The notes under the pieces were generated by a model. That model was not told the origin of the DNA. It worked only from the letters and a program-made list of their open reading frames with translations, and did no database searches. The translations under genes and the position numbers were made by a program. A stretch of 64,000 bases of DNA from a virus, in IMG/VR virus record IMGVR_UViG_3300045988_101135, positions 66,762 to 130,761 of that record, one strand, 5' to 3'. Positions 29,634-38,764 of the stretch are shown one piece after another. Within the stretch, counting starts at the first letter, position 1; every line of letters starts with the position of its first letter.

Positions 29634-30649
29634 CGTTTTATCTTTTTAGACGGATCCCAATCCGAAGAGAAAGGGCATTCGTTTTTGTTATGTAATCCAA
29701 AGTCACAATAGTAACACAGTGCTGACGGGCAGGGTAGCTTGTTTTGCGGAACAGGCTGGCTTAGGGTGGCACGCCGCTTGCTATACCTGGCTCCTTCTGC
29801 TCCCTGGATGTATGCCTGAAATGTTTTTACACTATTATCTTCAAAATCATACATTTTAGACAAAGTGTCATTTAGCATCTCTATAGATTTTGTTTTACGT
29901 TCCTCATCCACCTTAACCTTTTGGTATTGTCTGGTCCTGGTAAAGAAATAGATGTTCATATCTGGCAGAACTCCACCATATTTTCTATAGATGTAAAACG
30001 AATATATAGGATGCTGTAAATTCGTTTCCAACTTCTTAGAATCAAAAACCTTATTACCTGATTTCCAATCTATGACATAATGGTGAACTACGTTCTTGCT
30101 TTTTATAGCCAGATGAAGGTCTACCGATCCTACTATGTACACATGAGTATGAATTACTCCATTTATGTTAACAGGCTTAGGAAGACGGTACGGCAGCACA
30201 AAATCTTCTTCGACTCCAACTATAGCGCCGTGTCTGATAAGTTTCTCGCAGGGATTAAGATCACTATCAGCTATCATAAACCTATTGCCGTCTTTTTTGA
30301 ACAGATCCACAATCCAAGCAAGAAGCTCTCCAGATTGCTTCATGGCTATCATCATATTTTCCGGTGATTGCCAAGGTATGTCTTCTTGGTAAGCATAGTA
30401 ACTTATAGCTTCCCCCAGGTCTTTGCCAGAAGGCTGTCTTCCGTTCTTGAAGAAGTATTCCAGTGTCTTATGAATAACCGTACCATAAGACGTAGCTTCT
30501 TGTTTTTCCGTAGACCTTTTGCCCTCCACGTAAGTTTTATACCATTTCATTGGACAAGTAAGAAACGTATCTATCTGGGAATAAGATATGGCAAGACGTT
30601 TCACACCATTAAACTCCTTATATAGCAAATGCGTTTCCGGGACCATCAT
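29630..30649 (-). CDS. Cas4/RecB-like PD-(D/E)XK exonuclease with C-terminal 4-Cys cluster
   Basis: N-terminal YSQIDTFLTCPMKWY...GTVIHKTLE; core VGSVDLHLAI...IDWKSGN (D...D-x-K); C-terminal CPSALCYYCDFGLHNKNEC typical of Fe-S Cas4-family nucleases. Confidence 0.6.
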   Translation of the reverse strand: MMVPETHLLYKEFNGVKRLAISYSQIDTFLTCPMKWYKTYVEGKRSTEKQEATSYGTVIHKTLEYFFKNGRQPSGKDLGEAISYYAYQEDIPWQSPENMMIAMKQSGELLAWIVDLFKKDGNRFMIADSDLNPCEKLIRHGAIVGVEEDFVLPYRLPKPVNINGVIHTHVYIVGSVDLHLAIKSKNVVHHYVIDWKSGNKVFDSKKLETNLQHPIYSFYIYRKYGGVLPDMNIYFFTRTRQYQKVKVDEERKTKSIEMLNDTLSKMYDFEDNSVKTFQAYIQGAEGARYSKRRATLSQPVPQNKLPCPSALCYYCDFGLHNKNECPFSSDWDPSKKIKR

Positions 30650-31005
30650 AAGTCATTGTCTTTAAATCCTTCCGGGTAATATACGACATACTTCTTACCG
30701 TCTTCTGGTGTCATGGCAAACTGCATGTAGTTATTACGATTACGATGCTTGCCATCCAATCCTCGTTTCCAATACAGGATACCGTCTATATCCACATAAG
30801 ATCGGCCGCGGTCGGCTCTAACCACGTCCGTGTGTAGCAGATACCCGTCGGAAGACACAATCCACACTTTATCCCCTTTGCTTAAATAAGATATTCTTTT
30901 TCTTACAACAACCCTTTTCTTATTATCCAATACAAATTCCTCGTCAGTCATACTCTTCATCCTCCTCTTCTTCTGTTTCAAAATCAATTCCATAATACTG
31001 ATCAT
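30646..31005 (-). CDS. hypothetical protein (119 aa)
   Basis: ORF; the true start may be the internal Met (MKSMTDEEF). Confidence 0.45.
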   Translation of the reverse strand: MISIMELILKQKKRRMKSMTDEEFVLDNKKRVVVRKRISYLSKGDKVWIVSSDGYLLHTDVVRADRGRSYVDIDGILYWKRGLDGKHRNRNNYMQFAMTPEDGKKYVVYYPEGFKDNDL

Positions 31006-31126
31006 AATGCTTGGTCAGTTCTTCTGGTTCTAAATCTTGTCCAAAATCCATGTTAAAAATATCGTAATTAGTAAAGCACTGTTCCTGCCGGCAGGAAATC
31101 TATGAATGCTGCTTTTATTTCTTCAA

Positions 31127-32860
31127 TTAGGCCCAAGTGTAACCCTGGGCCATTGTATTTATTTTTTTGTCATCTCCTTTTAGCTTCTTTAAAGTATCTG
31201 CAATCGGAAGCTGATCAATGACTCCCAATGCCGGAGCGACGGTCTTAACAACATTGTTAAGGAAATTACCGGTACTGTTCTGACCGCCGTCAAATACCGT
31301 GATATTTCCGAGGTTAATGTGCTCAAATGCCTTAACCTGTTCTCCGGCAATTTCTTTCCACTGATTAACCATCTTGTACTGGATGGCGATCTGAGGATTG
31401 GATTCTGCTGCTTCCACCATAGCCTTAAATCCGTCGGCTTCTGCCATCAACGACTTTTTCTTACCTTCGGCTTCCGCTTCCAGCTTCATCTGAATAGCTT
31501 TTGCTTCCGCCTCTGCTTTTGCCAAATGTGCTGCTGCTTCAGCATCGGCCCGGCGTTTGATCTTCTCGGCCTCGGCATCAGCTTGCAACATAGCCTCCTG
31601 CTTCTGAATTTCAGCCGGCACAATCTTTTCAGCTTTAAGCGCAGCTTGAACCTTCTTAGCTTTAGCTTCTTCCACTTCTTTATCAGCAAGCTCTTTTGCC
31701 GTTTTCACAGCCGCTTCCGATTTAACTTTCTCTTCTCCGGCTTTCTTTTCTGATTGAGCTTTGATAACCTGCAATTCTGATTCTGATACAGCAACCTCTT
31801 TCTGGGCATTGTTGTAGCCTACAGAAGCATTTTTCTCAGCCTCAGCTTTCTTAATCTGAGCTTCAGAGTCTTGTATTGCTATAGCTGCTTGTTTGTCAGC
31901 TTCAGCTTTATTCTTTCCAACTTCTTCCATTCTTTCGGCTTCAGCTTTGTTTACTTCAAGTTCCGCCTTAGATCTTGCAATCGCTGATTCCTTGTCAGCC
32001 AAAGTCTTTGCTATAGCCGCAGCCCTATCTCTATCGGCTTGAGCTACACCGATCTGTTTTTCTTTATCGGTTAAAGCCAAAGCTACTTCTTTTTCTTTCT
32101 TTGTTTCAGCTACTACCGTTTCTTTTTCTTTTTCAGTATAGGCAATTTGAATCTCTTGCTCTTTTTGGGTATTAGCTACAGCCGTTTCTTTTTCCTTCTG
32201 TTGTACAGCAATCTTAATAGCACCCAGCTTTTCCTGTTCTTCGATATTAGCCTGTGCTTCGTTCAGAGCCTTGCTTTCAGCCTCTTTACCAAGATTCATG
32301 ATGTAGCCGGCTTCATCTCTGATGTCACTGATGTTAATGTTCAAAAGATAAAGACCCAATTTATTAAGTTCGTTATCAATGTTTTTTCTTGCCTTATCCA
32401 AAAACTCATCCCTATCAGAATTAAGTTTTTCGATTGTCATTTCGGCAATAATCAAACGCATCTGACCGTAAACGATGTCTGTAATAAGATTTTCAGTAGA
32501 TTCGGTATCCATCCCCAAAAGTCTTTCTGCTGCATTTTGCATGATTTCAGGATTTGTACTGATAGCTACTGTAATAGTTGTAGGCACATCTACTCTAATA
32601 TTCTGAGATGACAAAGCACCGGTAAGCCTACAATCTATTTGCATAGGCTCCATAGACAAAACATCATAGCTTTGAATAATAGGCAAGACAAATGCCGCTC
32701 CACCATGATATAATTTTGCCGACTTCTTTTCCCCACCTGTCTTACCGTAAACGACCAAGACCTGATTAGGCTTACATCTACGATACCTTGATAAGACTCC
32801 GATGATTGTCAAAATAATCACTACAGCTAAGATGGCTGACACGTACATAATTGTTGTCAT
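31127..32860 (-). CDS. flotillin-like SPFH/band-7 membrane scaffold protein (577 aa)
   Basis: N-terminal TM helix (VSAILAVVIILTIIGVL), an SPFH core (PNQVLVVYGKTG...), and a long Ala/Glu/Lys coiled-coil with EAEA repeats; architecture of FloT/YqiK. Confidence 0.75.
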   Translation of the reverse strand: MTTIMYVSAILAVVIILTIIGVLSRYRRCKPNQVLVVYGKTGGEKKSAKLYHGGAAFVLPIIQSYDVLSMEPMQIDCRLTGALSSQNIRVDVPTTITVAISTNPEIMQNAAERLLGMDTESTENLITDIVYGQMRLIIAEMTIEKLNSDRDEFLDKARKNIDNELNKLGLYLLNINISDIRDEAGYIMNLGKEAESKALNEAQANIEEQEKLGAIKIAVQQKEKETAVANTQKEQEIQIAYTEKEKETVVAETKKEKEVALALTDKEKQIGVAQADRDRAAAIAKTLADKESAIARSKAELEVNKAEAERMEEVGKNKAEADKQAAIAIQDSEAQIKKAEAEKNASVGYNNAQKEVAVSESELQVIKAQSEKKAGEEKVKSEAAVKTAKELADKEVEEAKAKKVQAALKAEKIVPAEIQKQEAMLQADAEAEKIKRRADAEAAAHLAKAEAEAKAIQMKLEAEAEGKKKSLMAEADGFKAMVEAAESNPQIAIQYKMVNQWKEIAGEQVKAFEHINLGNITVFDGGQNSTGNFLNNVVKTVAPALGVIDQLPIADTLKKLKGDDKKINTMAQGYTWA

Positions 32861-32891
32861 AACTTTTAAAATTTAATTGTTGATAAAAAAA

Positions 32892-33386
32892 TTAGATAAT
32901 TAATTCTCCTTCTTCGTATTTTATATTCACCTTGTCACCGTTTTTGTAAGTTTTTCCAGACAAGCATCTTACTCTCATTTGCTCCTGTCTTCCATTTTTC
33001 GAAATATTTACCATATAATGATTCTTCCCTGATCTAAACACTATCTCCACCTCTCTGCCATTTAAATCTTCCGGACATTCGTACACCATTTCTTGCTTTA
33101 ACTTAAGAAGTAACTTATATACGTAAAACAAAACGATAAAGAAAAACGACCCTATCACAACCCCTACTAAATGGGAACCCGAAAAGTAGGTAGTCCAGCT
33201 ATATCCAAGAATAAAATGTGTTATGCCCTTGAATGATATGATGTCCGACAAAGACATACTTAAATCAGAAGCATCATCAATATCAATATCCGTATCCAGA
33301 TCAGATCCTAATATCGACAACAAAAACTGTATAACAAAAGCAAATGACGCTATTAAAGCCATGCATAAAATTATGTCACTTCCCAT
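32892..33386 (-). CDS. NfeD-like membrane protein (short YuaF-type), partner of flotillin
   Basis: Three N-terminal hydrophobic helices plus a C-terminal soluble beta domain (EVEIVFRSGKNHYMVNI...GDKVNIKYEEGELII). It sits immediately upstream of the flotillin gene, as in yuaF-floT operons. Confidence 0.6.
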   Translation of the reverse strand: MGSDIILCMALIASFAFVIQFLLSILGSDLDTDIDIDDASDLSMSLSDIISFKGITHFILGYSWTTYFSGSHLVGVVIGSFFFIVLFYVYKLLLKLKQEMVYECPEDLNGREVEIVFRSGKNHYMVNISKNGRQEQMRVRCLSGKTYKNGDKVNIKYEEGELII

Positions 33387-33627
33387 ATCCTTCTGTTATT
33401 ATTTTGTAAACAAGATCAGTCATATCTTTGATGGTCTCCATATCATAATCATTAATAACAATATTGAATTTTTGTTCCACCATCACTTCCAGTTCAATTT
33501 GATCGATAGAATCTAATCCAAGTTCTTTAAACGTCACATCTTCTTCATGAACTATATCTATTTCCGAATTAAGAAACTGAGTAATAATTATATCCTCTAT
33601 TATCTTTCTGATTCTTACTTTTTCCAT
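33376..33627 (-). CDS. acyl carrier protein-like (83 aa)
   Basis: FKELGLDSIDQIELEVMVEQKFNIVI matches the ACP helix II DSL phosphopantetheine-attachment motif. Confidence 0.7.
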   Translation of the reverse strand: MEKVRIRKIIEDIIITQFLNSEIDIVHEEDVTFKELGLDSIDQIELEVMVEQKFNIVINDYDMETIKDMTDLVYKIITEGYGK

Positions 33628-34328
33628 TGCTTTCTAATTTTGTTAAATAAATACGTTTTTATGTTTTTCAATCGCTCTTTGTCTGTTTCAGAACTTCCGG
33701 TAAACAAATAATCCGGATTGCCTTTAGCCGGCGGCGTAGGCAATTTAGATACGGCAAACAACCAATCCATTTCCTTATTCTTCTTAGACTCCAAATAAGG
33801 CTCGGTAGCGATCTTAAATTTTTCAGCTATTAAGTCAAAGAGCTTTGAATTTTTAAGGTTCATATGGACCGAAAAGGCCTGAGAAGGCGGTTTCCATATG
33901 AAGTTACATAAGCTCATTGTATAATCTCCTGACTCTGCTATATAAGATTCCGTTACCTGAAGTATGACCTCTTTCTTGAATGAGGTGTTACCCATAAACC
34001 AACACAACCTGGATTCCGCTTCTTTTCTGCTGACACCTATGTCTTTTGAATACGATTCGTACATTCCTATCATAATCTTCAACGTTTCCAGAACCTCGTC
34101 TGTCATCTCCGGTGTCTCTATATAATTCACAAAAGACGTTCCTTTGTTGGTCAATCTCATCACGCCTGATTTTAATTTCTCAACCAGGCCAAGCTCTATA
34201 TACCTCCCAGCATCTTTTTCCAGCATGGCTTCGATCATAACCGTATCCTTCTGTCTTATAGCAAGAAGATTAGCCAGATCATTAGGAGTCATGTCTGATG
34301 CTGCAAGTTGTCTGAAATTGATGTACAT
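33615..34328 (-). CDS. hypothetical protein (237 aa)
   Basis: ORF overlapping the ACP gene start by 13 nt. Confidence 0.5.
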   Translation of the reverse strand: MYINFRQLAASDMTPNDLANLLAIRQKDTVMIEAMLEKDAGRYIELGLVEKLKSGVMRLTNKGTSFVNYIETPEMTDEVLETLKIMIGMYESYSKDIGVSRKEAESRLCWFMGNTSFKKEVILQVTESYIAESGDYTMSLCNFIWKPPSQAFSVHMNLKNSKLFDLIAEKFKIATEPYLESKKNKEMDWLFAVSKLPTPPAKGNPDYLFTGSSETDKERLKNIKTYLFNKIRKQWKK

Positions 34329-34330
34329 GC

Positions 34331-34540
34331 CTAATCAGCTTTAATAAAAATAACATCCTTACCATCCTCCCTCTCTACGTGATTACACGGGCCTGCGACT
34401 ACATCTACCGACCCGCATGTAATGTGGTCATTAAATATACATCCTTCACATCCTAAGTCTGGCTCTGGAGCATCCACACATTTTAATCTCACAAGTCCGG
34501 CATCAAACACTTCTCCTACTTTAAATTCCTTCTTTTCCAT
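34331..34540 (-). CDS. hypothetical Cys-containing small protein (69 aa)
   Basis: ORF with CxxC...C...C. Confidence 0.4.
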   Translation of the reverse strand: MEKKEFKVGEVFDAGLVRLKCVDAPEPDLGCEGCIFNDHITCGSVDVVAGPCNHVEREDGKDVIFIKAD

Positions 34541-34555
34541 ATTTCCTCCTTGTTT

Positions 34556-35158
34556 TTAACTGTTGTACCCTTCTTTGATAATCGAATTTCTACCGGTAGA
34601 TACCGACTGTCGAAGATCGTCATGTACAGAATCTACCGTAGAATACTTGTTTCTGGTTGTAAAAATCACTTCCAGCATCTCCTTGTAATCACCTAAAGCT
34701 ACTTCATATCTCGGATCTACTTTGGCTTTTCTTTCGGCCTCGGCATTACTCTTAGCCAGCTCTCGGTCAAGAAGATCTTCTTTGATTCGGTCAGCAATCA
34801 TATCAAGTTCTTTTTTTATGACTTCTCCTGCTGCCCGAAGTTGACCTTCTACGTCGCCAAGCTGATCTTGGACGGTTCCTATTTCTTTCTTTAGGCGATC
34901 GTATTCGTTAATCATACCCATATCACCTGCATAGCCGGAAAAGTCCTTGATTATTCTGGTTCCTTCTTTAAGGAGTTCAATAACTCGTCTTTTACGTTCT
35001 CTGCTTATTAAAGACGGAAGACGATAATTCATATCCGCCACCGCCTTATCATGTATGGAGTTGATTAAAAACATCTCTCTTTCATCCCCTGCAAACTCAG
35101 TAAGAACCAAAAGGAACTTACTTATCAGGTATTCGTTTTCTTCTACTGTTAGTCTCAT
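34556..35158 (-). CDS. hypothetical coiled-coil protein (start trimmed to Met 35158)
   Basis: The track ORF (to 35311) would overlap the helicase gene by 139 nt; the internal ATG lies right after the helicase stop. Confidence 0.5.
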   Translation of the reverse strand: MRLTVEENEYLISKFLLVLTEFAGDEREMFLINSIHDKAVADMNYRLPSLISRERKRRVIELLKEGTRIIKDFSGYAGDMGMINEYDRLKKEIGTVQDQLGDVEGQLRAAGEVIKKELDMIADRIKEDLLDRELAKSNAEAERKAKVDPRYEVALGDYKEMLEVIFTTRNKYSTVDSVHDDLRQSVSTGRNSIIKEGYNS

Positions 35159-35172
35159 GGTTCTTATTTTTT

Positions 35173-36306
35173 TTAATACAATGACTGTTCTTCCTTTGTC
35201 TCTTGTTCTTGATCTTGATTGTTCGTAACGTCTTCCACAGTATAGAGCTTGGGCGGCGTCGGCGGCTGGTTGGGGTTCACGAACTTCGTCCCGCCCTCCC
35301 CGTACATCCATCCATGTCCCGGCAGTATCTCTGGGTGGATTGTATTAGTAAGCTCTTCCATACTAACTTGCCTTACCTTCAGTATATGATGAAACACCAG
35401 TCCGGCTGTCCTGAATGATGTTTTGTTTTCAGTTTTAAACCTATCAAGAGTCTGATACCAATCTTTCCCAAATATCATATACTTATCCAGCCCGTACCTA
35501 CGAGGATTGTGCAAGCCTATCATTAACGTACATAACTGACCCAGCGTATCAGACTGGTAAAAATCAGAAAGACGCGGAGGCTGCTCTTGTGGGCTTTTTA
35601 TCCTTCCTTCTATTTCTCTGTTGAATTGGGATATGATGAGGAAAAATATGTTTTTATATACTAATTTAGCTTCGTTCATAACCGCCACCAAATCATCTAT
35701 AGCCGACTTAGGATCTAATCCCATTCTTTTTATCAAAGCAATATGATCGACTTTAAATATTATAAGACGTTTGTCTTTATGTTTGGTAGCTATATGATAC
35801 ACAGCCGCCTCAAACTCTTTTACCGTACACGGAGCATCGATGTATATTATATTATTTCTGATTTCACCTTGAAGGATTTCAAACATCCTCATCTCTTCTA
35901 CTGTATTAGAATCTTGCCTTCTTAATATTTCAGGAGCCCGCTTTTTCATATCCTGGCTCATTCTACGAAGAAGAAGATCTTGAGGATTCATTTCGAACTC
36001 GCAATTAACAAGAAAATAATCTTCTGCTTGCGGGTTGATCATCGGATTCATCACATTTTCCAATATCTTTTGGGCCACATACGATTTACCTACAGATGGC
36101 CGGGCTCCTATGGCAATAGCATGCTGAGGGAAAATACCTCCAAGCAAAGCCTCATCAATATAATCGTATCCGGTTTTAGCGGGGATAAGCTCTCCCCGCC
36201 TGTATTTCAAGATATTCTCATACGCCTCTTCCATAACTTGTTTAGAGGTCTTGAATATCCTTCTTATATCTATCCTATTTGCTATCTCCTCTTGCATTTT
36301 TGTCAC
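35173..36306 (-). CDS. DnaB-family replicative helicase (C-terminal RecA-like domain)
   Basis: GARPSVGKS Walker A, FEMNPQDLLLRRMS, IFKVDHIALI, ISQFNREIEGR match the DnaB C-terminal domain motifs. The ATG at 36297 is the likely start (GTG at 36306). Confidence 0.7.
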   Translation of the reverse strand: MTKMQEEIANRIDIRRIFKTSKQVMEEAYENILKYRRGELIPAKTGYDYIDEALLGGIFPQHAIAIGARPSVGKSYVAQKILENVMNPMINPQAEDYFLVNCEFEMNPQDLLLRRMSQDMKKRAPEILRRQDSNTVEEMRMFEILQGEIRNNIIYIDAPCTVKEFEAAVYHIATKHKDKRLIIFKVDHIALIKRMGLDPKSAIDDLVAVMNEAKLVYKNIFFLIISQFNREIEGRIKSPQEQPPRLSDFYQSDTLGQLCTLMIGLHNPRRYGLDKYMIFGKDWYQTLDRFKTENKTSFRTAGLVFHHILKVRQVSMEELTNTIHPEILPGHGWMYGEGGTKFVNPNQPPTPPKLYTVEDVTNNQDQEQETKEEQSLY

Positions 36307-36553
36307 CTTTCGTATCCGACTTGGATCCCCTATTAGCTTTTACTGATTTATACCTAAGACCGTTCTTGGTATGAGAACAATCCTTGCCTTTCCTCCAGCC
36401 CTTGCCCTTCTTCTTGTCCGTTTCGTAGTTTTTACGACCAAGCTCCCGGCGTTTGGCTTTCTGTTCCGGTCTGGCATTTATCTCCTTGTCCTTTTTAGCC
36501 TTTTTCTTCCTGGCTTCTGGATGAGTCCTGTAGTACTCTGTTGATCTGCCCAT
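36275..36553 (-). CDS. highly basic Lys/Arg-rich small protein (92 aa)
   Basis: ORF overlapping the helicase start by 32 nt; about 40% K/R. Confidence 0.35.
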   Translation of the reverse strand: MGRSTEYYRTHPEARKKKAKKDKEINARPEQKAKRRELGRKNYETDKKKGKGWRKGKDCSHTKNGLRYKSVKANRGSKSDTKGDKNARGDSK

Positions 36554-36605
36554 GTGCTTATATTTTTTTTGATTAATAATAGCACAAAGATAGGCAATTC
36601 GCGCC

Positions 36606-37172
36606 CTATTTCAACCTGCCGTAGCTCATATCAGGATCACACCAGACATACCCATCTTTCTCATCATGGAGATACTCAGGACATCCTCTACATGCGCTAC
36701 TTCCTGACACTATTTGATTGTTCTTATTAGGGCACTTATCTCCAGGCTTATGCCATTCTATTCTCGAACCTGATCGTTCTTTGTTTACATGACAGAACTG
36801 AAAGACTTTTCCCATCGTCTTCTCGCCAAACATACCTATATGTGTGTACTCTTCCGGTATAGATAGAAATTCAGATAAATCTTTATACATCCTTTCCCGT
36901 TCCTCCGGCGTAGACCATAATCTGTCAAGTTCGGCATGGACTCTTATCTTAAGAGACCTCAGTGATGGCCCCGCAAGCCGGCCTTTAGCTTTTCCCTTAT
37001 TCGGCCCTGATTCATGAACACCGACATAAGCGTTGCATGGTTTGCACATCATAACCATCCCTAAGCCTTTTCTGCTATATATTTTATCGGCATTTACCAG
37101 CTCAGTTTCTCTTCCGCAATAAGGACAAATTTCGCCTCTTAAAACCCGTTGTTGGCGCTCATTAAGTTCCAT
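36606..37172 (-). CDS. zinc-ribbon protein (188 aa)
   Basis: CPYCG...CKPC plus a second CRGC cluster. Confidence 0.5.
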   Translation of the reverse strand: MELNERQQRVLRGEICPYCGRETELVNADKIYSRKGLGMVMMCKPCNAYVGVHESGPNKGKAKGRLAGPSLRSLKIRVHAELDRLWSTPEERERMYKDLSEFLSIPEEYTHIGMFGEKTMGKVFQFCHVNKERSGSRIEWHKPGDKCPNKNNQIVSGSSACRGCPEYLHDEKDGYVWCDPDMSYGRLK

Positions 37173-37414
37173 ACCCTATTCTTTTGTTTTTCTTTAAACT
37201 TTTCATACAAACTGCTTTCAGTTTCCATTTCTGAGATCTCTACCTCTACGTCCTCTCTTTTGAAAATTACTTTCTTGGCTGTCGGATACGCACATTTAGA
37301 GATACGAATAGCATTACGAATAGCGTAAACAAAATACGTTTCTGGTGACGATTCGATCACCACTACCTCATTTAAAGTATTTTTATAATTTTCCATATTA
37401 TCTGCTTGCTTCAA
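37139..37414 (-). CDS. hypothetical protein (91 aa)
   Basis: ORF in the minus array. Confidence 0.4.
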   Translation of the reverse strand: MKQADNMENYKNTLNEVVVIESSPETYFVYAIRNAIRISKCAYPTAKKVIFKREDVEVEISEMETESSLYEKFKEKQKNRVWNLMSANNGF

Positions 37415-37751
37415 TTATATAACCCGGATGATCTTCACACGCCTCTTTGTATTTGATAAGAAACTTAAGAAATGAATCATAAGACCCCCATCCGTTTTCT
37501 GGTTCGTATCTCAAAAGACTCTTTCTCTTGGAGATCATAATATATATACCTTTTGTGAGTATCTTCACCATCTCCTTAGTATCTATTTCCCTGCCCAATT
37601 CTTCCGGTCTCCAAACATAATCGTATAGTGTTTCTTTGTTTTCTGATACGAATATTTTTTGTGCCATCTTGTTCATGTTGTGGGTGATGTTTGCAACCCA
37701 TTTACGATCCTCTTCTTTCTTCTTGCTCTTAATATAAACGTCCAGGCTCAT
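37398..37751 (-). CDS. hypothetical protein (117 aa)
   Basis: ORF in the minus array. Confidence 0.45.
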   Translation of the reverse strand: MSLDVYIKSKKKEEDRKWVANITHNMNKMAQKIFVSENKETLYDYVWRPEELGREIDTKEMVKILTKGIYIMISKRKSLLRYEPENGWGSYDSFLKFLIKYKEACEDHPGYIIEASR

Positions 37752-38742
37752 AATATTTCTCTTTTACTTTGTTATTAATTATCAAATCTGCCACATCATC
37801 TCCGTCCCCTACATTCTCAACACTCTGAAGATAGTCCGATACTTTTATCCTTGACTTCATCATCATCCCATCTATCTTTTTACTCCATGTGTCAAATGCT
37901 TGTCCTTTGTCCGGAAAAGCTACAGTCTTTCTATCTTTTAAAACATCTATCACTTCCGGTCTTAAGTTCTGCAACCCACCGGTAGCTACAAACAACTCAT
38001 CTGGTTTATTCACGGCGCATATAATAGCCGTCTTTTCTGACTCCACCAAATTAACTACCTTATCTGGATACTGGCTTAGAAGATGTTCTCCAAACAGGCA
38101 TTGTCTAAACAAGAAGTCTCTTGCATGCAACGAGTGATAAAACATGACATGAGGTCGCTCATTGTCACCGTCTTTTTCCTTCACTCTTTTTACATCAATC
38201 TCATTCCCCTGGCTGTCGGTCTTTATATAAAAATCCATAATCTTGCCGGTTCTGCATACAAAGTCCTTATCTATCTGCCAGAATATACAACACCCTTTCC
38301 ATCCCCATAAGTCCATTGTTCCAACATGATACCTTCTAAATACGTCAGATACCCTTTCTTTTCCCCATAGAGACGATAAAAATCTAAATACGGTGTTTCT
38401 ATCGTCTGGAACTACAGTCCTCTCAAACTCGCTAAAAGGTATGTAATTTACAACGTCAGGATTTACAGGAGGACGATAAGCTCTTATGCACTTATTTCCC
38501 GAAATCCAAAGATCTTTGTCACCTACATCCTTGCCGGTAGGTCGTTTATCATAACCGCAAGTTCGTTCATGATCGCATCTTCCAAACTCATTGCCAACGA
38601 CCTGACCGGTCGCCACATCAATATAAGGGGTAAGGCACCGGCTTTTCCCGCAAGCCGGGCAGGTTAGCTTCAGTCGGCTCCTGCCCGGCCTGCGGTCAAG
38701 TTGAAACCGAGGTACGTTTTCGTATTTTCTAAAATCAAGCAT
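37729..38742 (-). CDS. primase-like protein (N-terminal zinc ribbon + Toprim-like segment)
   Basis: CPACGKSRC...C.HERTC near the N-terminus; LVESEKTAI ... VAFPDKGQA resembles Toprim E / DxD elements. It lies three genes from the DnaB-like helicase. Confidence 0.4.
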   Translation of the reverse strand: MLDFRKYENVPRFQLDRRPGRSRLKLTCPACGKSRCLTPYIDVATGQVVGNEFGRCDHERTCGYDKRPTGKDVGDKDLWISGNKCIRAYRPPVNPDVVNYIPFSEFERTVVPDDRNTVFRFLSSLWGKERVSDVFRRYHVGTMDLWGWKGCCIFWQIDKDFVCRTGKIMDFYIKTDSQGNEIDVKRVKEKDGDNERPHVMFYHSLHARDFLFRQCLFGEHLLSQYPDKVVNLVESEKTAIICAVNKPDELFVATGGLQNLRPEVIDVLKDRKTVAFPDKGQAFDTWSKKIDGMMMKSRIKVSDYLQSVENVGDGDDVADLIINNKVKEKYYEPGRLY

Positions 38743-38764
38743 TTTTAACTCCTCTCATTGCTTT

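Noticed and set aside
31319-32611. Plus-strand ORFs (144 and 154 aa) inside the flotillin gene
   Set aside because: Antisense to a well-supported coiled-coil gene; the low-complexity repeat codons give open mirror frames.
33615-34328. Phosphopantetheinyl transferase next to the ACP
   Set aside because: Only a weak SRKEAESRL resemblance to the PPTase W/FxxKEA motif; there is no convincing GxD motif, so it is left as hypothetical.
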